From Bigelowiella natans CCMP2755 (taxonomy: Eukaryota; Protista; Cercozoa): a stretch of DNA of 64,000 nt. Made by a program: the position numbers and the translations under genes. The stretch's first letter is position 1. The number at the start of each line of letters is the position of its first letter. Below, piece after piece: positions 14,063-26,820 of this stretch. A model generated the notes under the pieces. It was not told where the DNA came from. It did no database searches and worked only from the letters and a program-made list of their open reading frames with translations. Location of the stretch: contig ADNK01000501.1 in assembly GCA_000320545.1 (NCBI GenBank), positions 1 through 64,000 on the forward strand. Reading direction: 5' to 3'.

Positions 14063-17000
14063 GAGAAACAAAATAGAAAGAAAATCATCAACAAGATGAA
14101 ATCAATAAAATTAGTTCCCATCCATGTTGTTTGTTAGAGCGTATCGTAGAACTACTTGTATTGCATTGCTTCTCAAATACGTTACTTCCAGTGTCGTGCT
14201 CCATAGCCCTCGTGGTCCTCTTAACCGGTAGATTTTCTCGCATAGTCTTTCGTACCACACGTTTTAAAACGCTTCACATTGAATAACACATTGATGGCAT
14301 CTTATATGTTATCTACATCGTACATCCTTCTCATCATATTTCCTCGCAACCTCAAGAGATTACTCATGGCATTGGGGGGTCAGAGAGAATACATAACGAA
14401 GATGTATATCGTCGATAGCTCGGAACATATTTGCAAATAATGATTACTTTATAAAAGCACACGCCACACACACGCACTTACATAATAATCCTCTTGCAGA
14501 TTATATAGCGCACGTGCGGATTTGGGATAGTAGGGGACCACGAAGATATAAATATGTGTCTGAAGGGAGAAGTAAGGGTAGCAAGCACACACTTAACTTA
14601 TTCCAATCAGTGTATTTGCATGCAGCATCTACGACACATATTCAAATGAAATATAATTGATTGTGACTTTGCCAATACTACTAAGCGCATCTGCCAAATA
14701 TAGGCATGCAGACAACGAAATGCTGAAAAACTATCTGTCAAGAAATGGGGAAATTATTCTAAAAAATCAAAACAAAAGATGCAGATGATGACCGTATCCA
14801 CCCTATTCAATAGAGCATCAGTATTAAGAACAATATGCTAGGATGATAGCGACATAGAAAGAACCTACCTGCGGCCTTATTGGACGCTGTAGGTACCATT
14901 CCATCACTCTGAATTCGAAAGCTTTCATCTTCTCCTCTTTTTCCTCCACCTTCTCCACAAGTGCTCTGAAATAGCCGTGGATGCCGTCCTCGTCGTTGCC
15001 GTTTCTGTCATCCTATGGAGAAGACAAGTTGCACGACAAACGCGAGCATTCTATATGAAATGATACGCATAAAAGTACAATATTTATAATAAATATATAC
15101 TTATATTTATGTTCATATGTCACCTCAATCTGCTTGATCTTTTTCGCATTATTAACATCATCGTCGTTACCTGCTTCTGCCTCACGAAGAAGATCTGCGT
15201 AGGAATGCTATGATTGTCATGCTGTGCAGCATCTATGACTCCCACTTCGACTCTGCACTGAAGAGATGATGATGAGGAGTAGGAAAAAGAGGAGGAGGAT
15301 GCTGCATCGGAGGAGGAAGCGAATGACGTCGACGAATTGCAGGTTAAGAGCGATCCAGTATTCTGAATCTAAAGCAACAAGTAGGATGACACGAATAACT
15401 CACATTTTACACACACGTTGAACAGTGCATGCCTCGGTGCACGTGTAATGAGCTATTGTAATGTTGTTGTTGTTGTTGTTGTTGCTTTCCAGTTATAGCA
15501 AGTCATGTTCATCACACCTCTACAACGAGAAGAGATGTGGCTGATGGGTTTATTGCGTAGCGAATCATGGAATTCTCCAGAAGAGGCCAATGTGAAGTGC
15601 CAAGGCTCAAGTTCTTGAAGACAAGCTGTGGAGATAAAGACATACAAATGGTGTTTGTGCTATCAAATTATGGTGCTCAGCAGTTTCCTTCGTCTCGTTT
15701 ATTAGCAGCAGCAAAACACTATTTTTCATCAACACTTTCTCACGGTTAGGTAGAATTATTCCAAAAAGTATGTATGTATGTATGATTGATTGACACAACA
15801 CACCTTGGAGGGAAGTAGCTCCAGAAGAGCCTTCGAGTTGCTTCCGGTAAGAACATTTCCACGATGACGACGACCCTCGTAGTTCTGGAGTCCAGGTAAG
15901 GAAATACTTAGCTCAATAGCCAGATCGGGAGTATTGATATCGTCACTCCTTGCGTCGTAGCCGCCGTCATCGTCGCCTTCTTGTTGTTGATTTTCTTGTT
16001 TTTCTTCCTCAGAATGAACGAAAGAAGGGTTGAAGGGATTGCCCGTTGGGGGCTTCCTGCCATCCCCACTATCATCGACATCATCGTCGGTATTGTCATT
16101 ATTAGTTATAGTAATGTCTTCATGGCTGCTCTTCCGTTGTCCCTTCTGGTGTGATGATGGTACCCTCCTCACTGCGCTTTCCTCCTCCTCACGACGGAAG
16201 GACTCACTCACCGTCCTCTTAAACTGCTTTTCTAACATGTTCTTTTCCTTGTACTTTTCATCGACATCTTTCCGTCGCCTCCGCTCCGTCTCGATGACCT
16301 CAACAGTTTCCTGGTTGATGTTGTCGTTCTTGTTGTTGTTGACGATGATCACGTTGTCTTCTGAGCATACTGGAGTATTATAATCCACAGAGGTAGATTG
16401 GGAGGAAGGAGGATGAGGAATGTAGAAGTTGGTTGTATCATCAATGCCCTCCTCCTCTTTCTTCTCTTCCTCTTCCAAGGTCAATTGGAATCCGTCATTG
16501 ATACCCTCCTCTTCCAAGGTCTTTTCCTCTCTGAATGATGAAGCAGCGCACAGTAAAAGAAGAAGCAGAAGAAGTATATGATGTAACGAGGAGTACTATT
16601 ATGCACAAAATCTCCGTTCTACTTCTCCAAATATTGACGTCTACTTTCTACTGTTCCATGCTAGGATTTGTTGCTGCTGCTGTGGCAAAATTACTTCAGG
16701 CGTCTTCCATTCTCCATCAGTCGTATGTGAGCATTGCTCGTCGGAATCGGAAGCAGCATTTTCCTGCTCTTATTCTTGAATTTCTCAAGGATCTCTCCCA
16801 CCTTTTGGAATCTAAGCATATACCAACAACACGTTATGAGGAAGAAGAAGCATTATCAGAGTTGAGTCATGTGAAGTTTTGAAATCGACGAATTTGGAAG
16901 GTATAGCGGTAGACATCGACGTTCATTATCCTGGAAACGGCGGCACAACGGTAGTAGTAATAGCACACTCGGTTTGATTCACAATTTGGTCATCCAAAGA

Positions 17001-18089
17001 AATACTAATATTCATTAAACAAATGCCTCTGTTTTCAATGTTAAGGATCAATGGTGATACCTTCGAAGGCACACCTTTTTACTGATTGGTTTTATGTGCC
17101 CCTTGATGACCGTGTCCTGGGCCAACTGAAGCTGGACTCCATCGACAACACCTTCCTCTGCGAAGGTCTTCCCATTACTTTAGAAGACGACAGAACCGAC
17201 GAAGAGGAGAGAGGTGCAAGAAAATGCGAAAATGCAAGGTTTAACAGGAATAGTCCAAACAGAAGAACATCTGATTTCGGCTTCGTTTCGGATTTTCGCA
17301 TGAAGAAAGTCGCAATACCTGAGGAGTTTTCCATTCTGATACTGCAGCCGCAAAGGGGCGCTTGTCGTCCCTGGATGTGTCCTGTTCTGTTCTTCAAGAA
17401 ATTTCCCCACAACTTGGAACCTGAAGCAAGCGGAATATCATCTCATCATCACATTGTCTCCTCAGTCGAAGCTTTTGATTCGTTATTCCTTGTAGACGAT
17501 CTGCTAAAAAAGGAGAAAAACTGCGAGAAAAGGCTTTGTCTCAACCCTAGATGGTTCAGCATAATAATGCCTTTACGCAAAGAATACAGATGATGGCTGG
17601 GATTGTAGCTAAATCTATTACTTCTGATAATGATAATGATGATGATGATAATAATAACAACAATAATAATCCTAGTAAAGATAATCATAAGTACCTGCGC
17701 ACGGTAGTTCTCCTTGTTCCGATGTAAACATTAATTTTGTCTTCATCGTCTATTATCATTCTGTATCCTCCTCGTCCGTTCCTTCTTCCGCGCCTTTGTG
17801 TCCTTCCCCTTCCCGTCCTCCTCTGTCTGATGGAAACACCTCGCTGCACGTGTGCTGTCGAAGATCGCTGATATATGGCGGGGAGTTTCATCATAAGACT
17901 AAAAAATAATAGAAATCTTGGTGGGAGAGGGGGAAGGGGTGTAAGTAGCAGAGTGCCTCGGCATCTTATTGCACATTTTTTATATGGACTCCCATCCAGC
18001 GTTATTGACTGTGGTCATGTATACATTCTTGATCTTAACAACCATTTGTGATACATATCCTTCTTAGACTGAAAATTATACTCGGCCAT
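13600..18089 (-). CDS. Hypothetical multi-exon protein with a large acidic low-complexity exon (15756-16530); both boundaries uncertain
   Basis: 253-aa acidic ORF. Coding-like exons include SYADLLREAEAGNDDDVNNAKKIKQIE, GYFRALVEKVEEKEEKMKAFEFRVMEWYLQRP and VWYERLCEKIYRLRGPRGLW. Candidate start MAEYNFQSKKD at 18089. No family recognised. Confidence 0.4.
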
Positions 18090-18940
18090 GGGAGTGGGGT
18101 GAGTACGATATTTTACCACGAAGGGATGTCTTTCTCTTTCGCTCACTTCCCTCTTTAGAGAGTTTCATTTGTTTGTTCTCTTATGTATTTACGTTTTAAC
18201 TGTTCGCTATACTTGCAGCTAATTTATAATGATGAGAGAGCATTTCTTTCCCAGACAACTAGTCGTGTGAGGAATTGACAATGAAAATGTTTTGTAGTCG
18301 TATCGAACGAAAGGAGATGATTACTATTTATCTCTCTATACCTCCGTTCTGAGGATTCTCTCGGATACCTTATTGGTTCTTTTAAGGATCCTTGGTCTCT
18401 TTGGTGGCAATAATCGCCTGCCTCTCCCCCCCCGACCTCGTTTGCGCTTCGACGTCATCACCACTCGTTCTTTCCGCAAAGAGTACCTGTCGGCTACCTT
18501 TTCAGCTACCTTTTCAGGCCGGAACGGGTAGTATCTAGATAAAAATATAAACCGAAGATTACCTAATTAATTTTAGAGCACCTTCATTGCAATTCCAAAA
18601 CCAACTTTCGGATTAAAAGGAAGTGAGGACTCACTGCTGATGTCCAGAGGGTAATTCCATGCCCAGAACGCTGGCGTGTTTCGAGAGCTCTCTGAGATTC
18701 TCGGAGATCTGTCGAGATAAACGTCGACGTGACACTAAAGGTTCAATTTCAGTTCTTTTAGGCCTATTTTGGAGTCCGTATCACCTCAATTTGTAACAGC
18801 GTCAGCTAAAATTGAATAAAACAGAAATAAAACCACTACATTCATGGTTTTAAGATTTCAGTCTTATGAACCAGGAGATCTAAGTATAAAATTACTAAAG
18901 CTGCCTACGCCACGAACCACAAATCGCACGACCCCCCATC

Positions 18941-19702
18941 ATGCTTGGTAATTCATCGACGATGTCGACAGCAGTAATCTGCTTCGTAGCTGGGGCAATG
19001 TTTCTCTTTGTTTCATTCTCCTCTTCCAACAATTTGGCTCTCTCGAGCGTGGTGCGCAGCTCCAGAGTGCAGCAGCCGCATTTTGTGGCCTGCAATGGCC
19101 GCGGCCGTGCTGCAAGACACCTCGACTTCAGGGTCAGGGCGAGCCAAGAAGAATTTTCGCAAATGAACCGACGTAATATGATGATTGGTGTTGCATCTTC
19201 CGCCATTGGCACTGCTGTTGCTCCTGCATCGATGGCGAAGGGTGTCAAGGGATTCCAGCAGCACAAGGATACTGGAGATCGCTACGAATTCTTATATCCA
19301 TTCGGTTGGGAGGAAATTTATGTCAAGGGTACCGACATCCTCTACAAAGACATCATTGAGCCACTCGAAACGGCGAGTGTAACTGTCATTGAGACGGAAA
19401 AGAAATCTATCACAGAGTATGGGGATATTCAGGACGTCACAGGCTCTTTGGCCGAGAAGGTGCTGACCCCCCCTGGACAAGCTGTAAAGATGCTTAGCGC
19501 AAAGGAGAGGCAAGATGGAGGCAAGACTTACTATCAGTTTGAATTCACCGCCAAAAATAATCGCTACACACGCCACAGTCTGGTCTCTGCCGCTATCAAC
19601 AACGGCAAGTATTACATTTTCGTGACGAGCGCTAACGAAAGGAGGTGGAACATCATGGGAGATCGTCTTAAAAAGGTGGCGGATAGCTTCAAGCTGGTCT
19701 AA
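18941..19702 (+). CDS. PPL1: PsbP-like protein 1, thylakoid lumen; intronless
   Basis: PsbP domain motifs YEFLYPFGWEE, YKDIIEPLE, GKTYYQFEF, YTRHSL and ANERRW. The leader has a hydrophobic signal segment, an S/R-rich transit peptide, and twin-Arg NRR followed by a hydrophobic A-x-A-like region. Confidence 0.93.
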   Translation: MLGNSSTMSTAVICFVAGAMFLFVSFSSSNNLALSSVVRSSRVQQPHFVACNGRGRAARHLDFRVRASQEEFSQMNRRNMMIGVASSAIGTAVAPASMAKGVKGFQQHKDTGDRYEFLYPFGWEEIYVKGTDILYKDIIEPLETASVTVIETEKKSITEYGDIQDVTGSLAEKVLTPPGQAVKMLSAKERQDGGKTYYQFEFTAKNNRYTRHSLVSAAINNGKYYIFVTSANERRWNIMGDRLKKVADSFKLV

Positions 19703-20730
19703 GTCTTTCAGTTCTTCTCCTCGACATTCATTCTTCACGCCAAAATGCGCCTGTCTACTACAGTCTAATTGAATCGCCCCATCAGTACGCTCTCCTCTTC
19801 TTCTTCTTCTACAAAATAACGTTAGCATAATACTGCAATGCAGAGCTGCATTATTTCATGCTCGAAGAAACAAGAAACGGTGAGCTGCAAGCCTGGTGGA
19901 GAAACTAATGAAGTTTTAATCACCGCCATTAATATGTTGCGGAGCATAGGTAAAAAGAGGCTACTCAAGTGTAAGGTTAGATTGGGATAGCTACTACACC
20001 TTGCAAATTCGCCTCGACTTCGTTCAATACTCATAATAATGGCATCACATATAAACATACGAGATGCAGGGATTGCGCCAAGCAAGTCATTGCGCATGTA
20101 GTTGTTCGTTCATCGAGCATGACGGAGGACTGATAACCATTACTTTCATGTCTAGCTGGTCAAAATGTGCACTGCACCATGCAACATCTACACATAGCTG
20201 CAGTTGCACACTTGCACTGTGTGATGTTGTGTGCTACATGCATGTGTCTGTGCAACACATGCTCCTCTCGCATGCGATAGACATCAAAATGTTCACACAC
20301 ACACACACACATGTGTGTGTGTGTGTGTCTAGGTGTGTGTTGTGCACACATGTGTGCCACATCATGGATGCGCGCCATTTGTGGTGTTGGCAATCTCATT
20401 GGGACATTCATGATGTCCCGAGGACAATGCACACAAGCAGATGCCACATGCGACACGTGCTAGCGTGTGACACGCTGCAGGACATGCCAGCATGGATCAT
20501 CTCTTGCAATGATGCAGGAATGAGCACGAACCTCATCCAAGACTCAAACTGAACAAACAACTGACGGCCATCATGGACCGCATCAACGACGAAACAAAAC
20601 GCCTCACAAATGCAGAACAAAGAGCTCGCACTGCTGCGCGCAAAGCACGACATGTAGGCCGACCAAATTGCATTGCTTTCATGCACGCATGCAACACATG
20701 ACACTGGAATGAACAAACATGTGCAACTTG

Positions 20731-21217
20731 GATGAGCGCTGTGACCGCTGTTTTGCACAGCTCTAGCTAGCTAGAGCTACATTGGGATGACTATTGAAAA
20801 AATTTGAACATTTCATTGCATCCGTCTCATGTGTACGGATGCAATGACAACACGCACCAAAACAGTGTGGCCGCCACTCTGCACACATGCTAGCATGCAA
20901 ACATCCACATCAGGATGACAATTGAAAACATGTAGCCATTTCATCACATCTGACTCATTGTGTACATCTGCAGCGTAGCATGAAACACGTGAACAAGCAC
21001 ATGATGTGAGCTCTGTAGCCGCGGGCTTGCTAGATTGCATTCTGCAATTGACGAAAGATTTAATCACATCCTCATTGTTACATCCGCTAGATCCGGCTCA
21101 TCTAGTCAAAGTGCACACATGAACGGATGCATGATGAATGTTCAAATCCTTTCAATTGCCATCCTAATGTAGCTGTCTAGCTAGCTAGCTATGCAAATCT
21201 GCGGCTACAGCGCTCAT
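20731..21217. mobile_element. Fold-back/MITE-like element, copy 1
   Basis: Left arm gatgagcgctgtgaccgc...agctacattgggatgactattgaaaaaatttgaacatttcattgcatccgt is the imperfect inverted repeat of acggatgcatgatgaatgttcaaatcctttcaattgccatcctaatgtagct...gcggctacagcgctcat. There is an internal perfect 13-bp hairpin at 20813-20847. Confidence 0.7.
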
Positions 21218-21390
21218 GTGTTTAGATGTGTTTAGATGTGCATGTATGTTAGCATGTACATGCCTCTCCATTTAATTGTTGACATGTTTGACCAAGCCTA
21301 GCTAGCTAGCCTGATGCATTCAAAGCGCATGAAATACATTAGCGCTGAAAGCACAATCTAGCAATGCTGTCAATGGCTGTTTAAGATGGC

Positions 21391-21458
21391 AGCTACATCG
21401 CTCATCAGATGGATGACCATTGAAAATTTTTAATTTATTCATTACATCCGTCTCATGT

Positions 21459-21502
<44 letters not shown>

Positions 21503-21585
21503 ATGAGACGGATGTAATGAGTTGATTAAATCTTTTTAATGGTCATCCTAATGTAGCTGCGCAATGCAGCGGCTACAGCGCTCAT
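21391..21585. mobile_element. Fold-back/MITE-like element, copy 2
   Basis: ggatgaccattg...cattacatccgtctcat (21411-21456) pairs with atgagacggatgtaatg...aatggtcatcc (21503-21548) around a (TA)n loop. It has the same distal gcggctacagcgctcat as copy 1. Confidence 0.75.
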
Positions 21586-21929
21586 GTTGATACATACGCC
21601 TGTATAGCTCTCATACATGCATGCAATAAATTGCTGAGAACAAAAAATGTAAATGATTGACTACATTAATCTGTCACTAAGGATATAAATAAAGTGATAA
21701 TTGTATTTCCATGTTACTTTCTGATTTAACTGATAATATTTTAGATGAAGCTACATGCTGTGTAGCCCTACATTTCTACTTGATGCAAATTCTTGAACTT
21801 ATACTATTCCATCATCCACAGCTCTATTTCGCTATGGTGAGTTGTCTCAGAGCTAGCCTCTCCCTGTATCTGCATCATAAGAATGAGGGAAAAGAAACAG
21901 AAACGGGTGGGGTAAGTCACATTTCCTAT

Positions 21930-22500
21930 TAGATGTGCGAGCTAGGTTAATATACCTGTTGTTGTTGGAGTAGCTGCTTGAGAGCAGGAGAAGAGGGGGT
22001 GACTCCTGACAGCGGATGTATTCGCAAATATGTTAAGTTGCACCGAGTAGTGGGCCCTTGCTATCAGCACTGCTATAATTCCTTCACATTATCAAAAGAA
22101 AGAACCTCACCCAGTCGCTGATACGCTCTTGCCATTCGAAAAGGCACGCCCACCCCCTCAAGCGCTAGGGCTTGTGCTGCCGCGGCAGAATCCGTATTGC
22201 TGCTTTTGGCTCGGTGAGTCCCCTCTTCTATTTTTCTCGAAATGCAAGTTAGGAACCTACGCGATGGCGGGAATGAGGGGGTGGGAGAGGAGTGTGAAAC
22301 GGTAGGTAGAGATGATCCACCATCACGACTTAAGAGGAAGAACTACTAATACAACTAACAACCCTGAACCATCCCCATACAGATGATACGGATGCATTTC
22401 GTCAAGACTTGTAGTAGCACGCACAACCAACATATTTTTGGAACAGGAGCAAAGTTTTCCCCATTGTTTACTTTATGCAAAAGAGCATGAGGGCTATATG

Positions 22501-22548
<48 letters not shown>

Positions 22549-22756
22549 AGGATTTCTTAACGCAGGTACAAACGATACGACAAGCTACCGTTTCTCCACG
22601 AAACTCCAGAACCCAGCATCTTCAAAGAGCTGATTGAACATCATCCTCTTCTCTTGGCCATCTAGACGCTCTCGCAAGCGCACGCATGCCTCCAGTAATC
22701 GAGTAACTTTCACATTGGGCGGAGCTTGAGTAGAAGCAAGGAGGGTTTGACCTAGA

Positions 22757-22798
<42 letters not shown>

Positions 22799-25739
22799 CA
22801 TCGCGCCAATAAGGAGAACGATGCACCGTAGACGAAACGAATCAATGGCATTATTTGCTACTATTCCTCCTCCTCCCCCTCCTCCTCACCTAGTATCCTC
22901 AGAGTTGCTGTTGCTGGAGGCTGGGGCGTCGGTAACTATAAGAGGGGAAGGCAGATGGTGATAATATTGATTATCGAGAAGATATAGTGACGAAAGGGGA
23001 TGTGATAGTGTGAGTTTCAAATAACAGGATATCAGGAAAGTAAAGAGCCATTATTCCCCTCATCCTCCTCATCCTCCTCCTCTTGTCATCTGCTACCACC
23101 TACCTCTGCACATGCCTGTAACCATGCTGTGACATCATTGGGAGATAAAGTAGACTTGCCCACATTGTTGTTACTGCTACCGCCGACTCCTCGTCTTCTT
23201 CCTGCAAGTTCTTCTCTCCCACCCCCCTCTTCTAAATAAAGGAGCTGAGATTCCATCAAGGGAAGAAGACGGCCAAGGGCTAAGATCATAGTAAATATAG
23301 TAGTAGCGGTGGGAAGGAGGAGGAGAAGGAATAAGGCAAAAGAGACAGAATCGAGAAGAGCTGTGGGAGCCATTAATCACTCCTCGTTTTTGGAATTTGA
23401 AATGAAATCAACAGGAAACAATCATTACTACTACTACTACTACGACTACTACTACTATTACTACTACCTTCAGGATGAAGCACCGTGAAAGAGCGCAATA
23501 GCGATACAATTTCTAGAAAGCGCATAGGTAAATTCGGTTAGCATTGTAATGCCATCATCATCATCGTTATCATTATCATCATCACTATCATTATCATCAT
23601 CAAGCGTCTAGAATTCTTGCCAGTACTACTACCACTACTACTCTACACTACTACTTAAAATAATAATAATAATAATAATAATTATAACAATAATGCTGAG
23701 TAAAACAAACAAAATAAACGTGACACATTCTTCTTTCCTTGCTCCCCCCTCCTCCATATGCCCTTGATGCTGCTCTCTTGCTCGATGATACAACCTTTCA
23801 CTTCAAGCAGGTGTATAACTCGTGCCACCAGCGCCTCAGCAGCCTTTGAATAATAGCAATGATAATAAGAATAAGAATAATATATAATTGTAATAATGAA
23901 AACAATACGCATAAGCTATACCCGCTAAAAATGTCAAACGCGTAGCTGGAGACGCAAAAACAACAAAAAACCGACACGAGGCATAATACCTCCTTGAAGT
24001 CTCGGGACGGCTTTAGCTGCAGCCTGTGGTGGTTGGAGAAGAAGAAGAAGAAGAGGAAAAAGAAAAAGAAAAAGAAAAAGAAAGATGATGAAAAGGATAC
24101 TACTACTCACCCCCCCCCCCCCCCCCCACCGTTCTCTATATATATATCTCTCTCTTTTTTAATTTTTTCTCTTCTATATTCAGCAGCGCCCAAGAAGCTC
24201 AAGGAGTACATACCTTGCGAAAGACCACATCGTATTTATTATTGTAGGGAGTGAGAAAAGGAGGATCTTTTCTCGGTAGTTGTCGGGACTATTAGTAGTG
24301 TCAGAGGGCGAAGAAAAGGAAGAAGAATGCTCTTGCTGCTGCTGCTGCTGCTGCTCTCGCTGTTTGTTGTCACCATCCAGCTGCAGTAGGAGTTGGATGA
24401 GTGTCAGCTGCTCGATGCGGGATTGCAGGCCAAGGTGACGTGATATAATACTGGTGGTAGTTGAAGATCTTGGAGAGAGGATTACGGAAAGGCCATGAAT
24501 CAGCATTGATGTCTCCTTAGGGTTGAGAGACCACGATACAGACGATGATGACGATGATGACGATGATGATGGTGATGATGATAATGATGATGATGCTGTT
24601 GTTGTTGTTGATGATGATGATGATGATGACGGTGGTGATGACGATGATGAAGATGAGGCTAACGGAGAACAGCTGCTATCGTCAGCCGCTAACACACCCA
24701 TCAGACGCTCTGCTAGGCACTCGTAATGGCGGCTGGAAAGCACATCTGAAGCCCGTTGTTTGTTGGTATGATTATGAGGATGATGATGATCGTAGCGATG
24801 TTCATCATTGCTTCTTTTTTCGGAAAGAAGAGGTTGAGGGCGTCGTAGAATAGAGGGAGGCGTGTCGTCATCAGACGGTGACATTGGATGATGAGGATGT
24901 TGTTGCTGTTGTTGGTCTTGTTGTGGGTATGGAGAGGAGGTGTCGGAAGGGGATTTCCGTGATAATGACGAAGAAGACGATGACGTTGAAGGGGAGGAGG
25001 AGGAGGAGGAGGAGGGCAGGAGGGATGAAGAGCTACTATTACTACTGCTATTATGATTGTAGTTGCTGTTGTTATTCGTATCTGAGGGGGGGGGGGAAGA
25101 GGATTCTCCTGCTGCTGCTGCAGCTCTATTAACCACAGCTGCCTGTTGCTTCAGACGTGCCAAAGACGAGATACCGATCATCACCTACGAAGGAGAACAA
25201 ATCGACGGTTGAACATGGGAAGGGCCGAGAGAATTAAAAGGGGGGGGGGGAAGGGTATTTACATATGCATAATGCCTCATCGCTGTACGCAAAAGTGACG
25301 ACAACACATCAACTGCACACATAGGGACAGGAGCCATTCCAGCACAGCCAATCAACCTGTTTTGGTGTAAACTTCGGTGCGAGAGCATACATCCGATTGA
25401 AGACGGCTGCTAGCACCTCGGGGGGAGGGGGGGGATGACTTGCTGAGCGGTGGCTCATACTAGCAAGCCCCCATGATACTGTAGTTACGCCTTTGGTTTC
25501 CAGCTGACAAAAGAGAAGAAGAGGAGGAGGAGGAGGAGGAGGAGGAGGAGGAGGAGAGAGGAAGAAAACGAGATATTACGGGATGATGGTGCGTACACGG
25601 GTCATCATCGTGTCTTCTCAAGCGACATCAGTACTCCAAACACGTAAGATATAGCAGCAGTATATATGAATCTATATTATGACCTCATTGGCCCGTTGAT
25701 GAAGGGTTGAGTAGAGAGCTTGAGCCGCGGATTCTGGAT

Positions 25740-25773
<34 letters not shown>

Positions 25774-26505
25774 GGATGGTAAGTAACAACGATAGCAATA
25801 GACGCATCTGTATGTGTTGCTGGGTATTCATACTTCGTCGCGTCGACCTTGTGATGACCATCATACTCAACGACATCATCAACGTCAACAACAACTGTAA
25901 GCTACTACGATCATTGCCACCACCAGAGAGCGTGTGCTGTCTTCCCCATCTCGATAGGGCCCACACGATATTGCTCATCTCCTGGAAAAAATCAACATCT
26001 TGTCAAGAGAGAATCTACCGAAGGATCTCCCCATATCACATAGATCCCCACCCAGTTTTGAGTCAAGAATTTATAACGTTTAACCTGGGGATTGGACGAT
26101 GAAAGGTGCGATGTTAAGACGCTATCCATTAACATCGGCGAGCTCCCGAAAACGGCCTGCATTTTTGAATTTCTTGTCACGATGTGTGTTATCAGACAGC
26201 TTACTCTGCGCGCGGAGTTACAAAGACAATGCCCAAAATACACAGCAGCAGCAGCACACGCACTGTGATTGTCACCTTCGGAAAATAGGTCATTCTGCCA
26301 TAAGCTAGCATAACATTGGAGATTTCTGTGCAATGAGAACACACAAATGGGGAGGGAGGGAGGGAGGGAGGGAGGGAGGGAGAGAGAAAGAAAGAGAAGG
26401 GGAAGGAGGGAAGTGAGTATGTAGATCATAAATAACAAACAACACGATACAACGTTGTTTCGGTAGTCGTGCTAAGATTAATAGTATCGACGCCTTCAAC
26501 TACTT

Positions 26506-26537
<32 letters not shown>

Positions 26538-26781
26538 TACTTTCATTTCATCCTCTTTACCTTGGGATTTGAATTCGGGTAGCAGCTGTGCCACGCGCCG
26601 ATCCAATGCCTGCAAGTGTTGTTTCCCAAATCATCATTATCATCATCGTCAATATTATTATCAACAATATCATAATCATGGGTGAATGTATGGATGTTGC
26701 TTCTCGGTATTCAATTATGAACAAGCGCGAGAATAGAATTGGCTACTATTTCTCGCTGATGACACCATGTTTTATTTTATA

Positions 26782-26820
<39 letters not shown>

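Larger units (their letters stand above)
20060..21620. repeat. CTAG/CATG/TGCA-rich tract containing fold-back elements
   Basis: Same word composition as 4100-4960; lies between convergent 3' ends. Confidence 0.75.

Noticed and set aside
17051-17593. 180-aa + strand ORF
   Set aside because: No recognisable family; it overlaps a minus-strand gene with minus-strand splice signals, so it is probably a shadow ORF.
18493-18516. 12-bp tandem duplication gctaccttttca x2
   Set aside because: An isolated slippage-type duplication with no further structure.
24523-25132. Poly-D/M/V ORFs on the + strand
   Set aside because: Products of (GAT)n/(GTT)n repeats antisense to the OPR-like exon.
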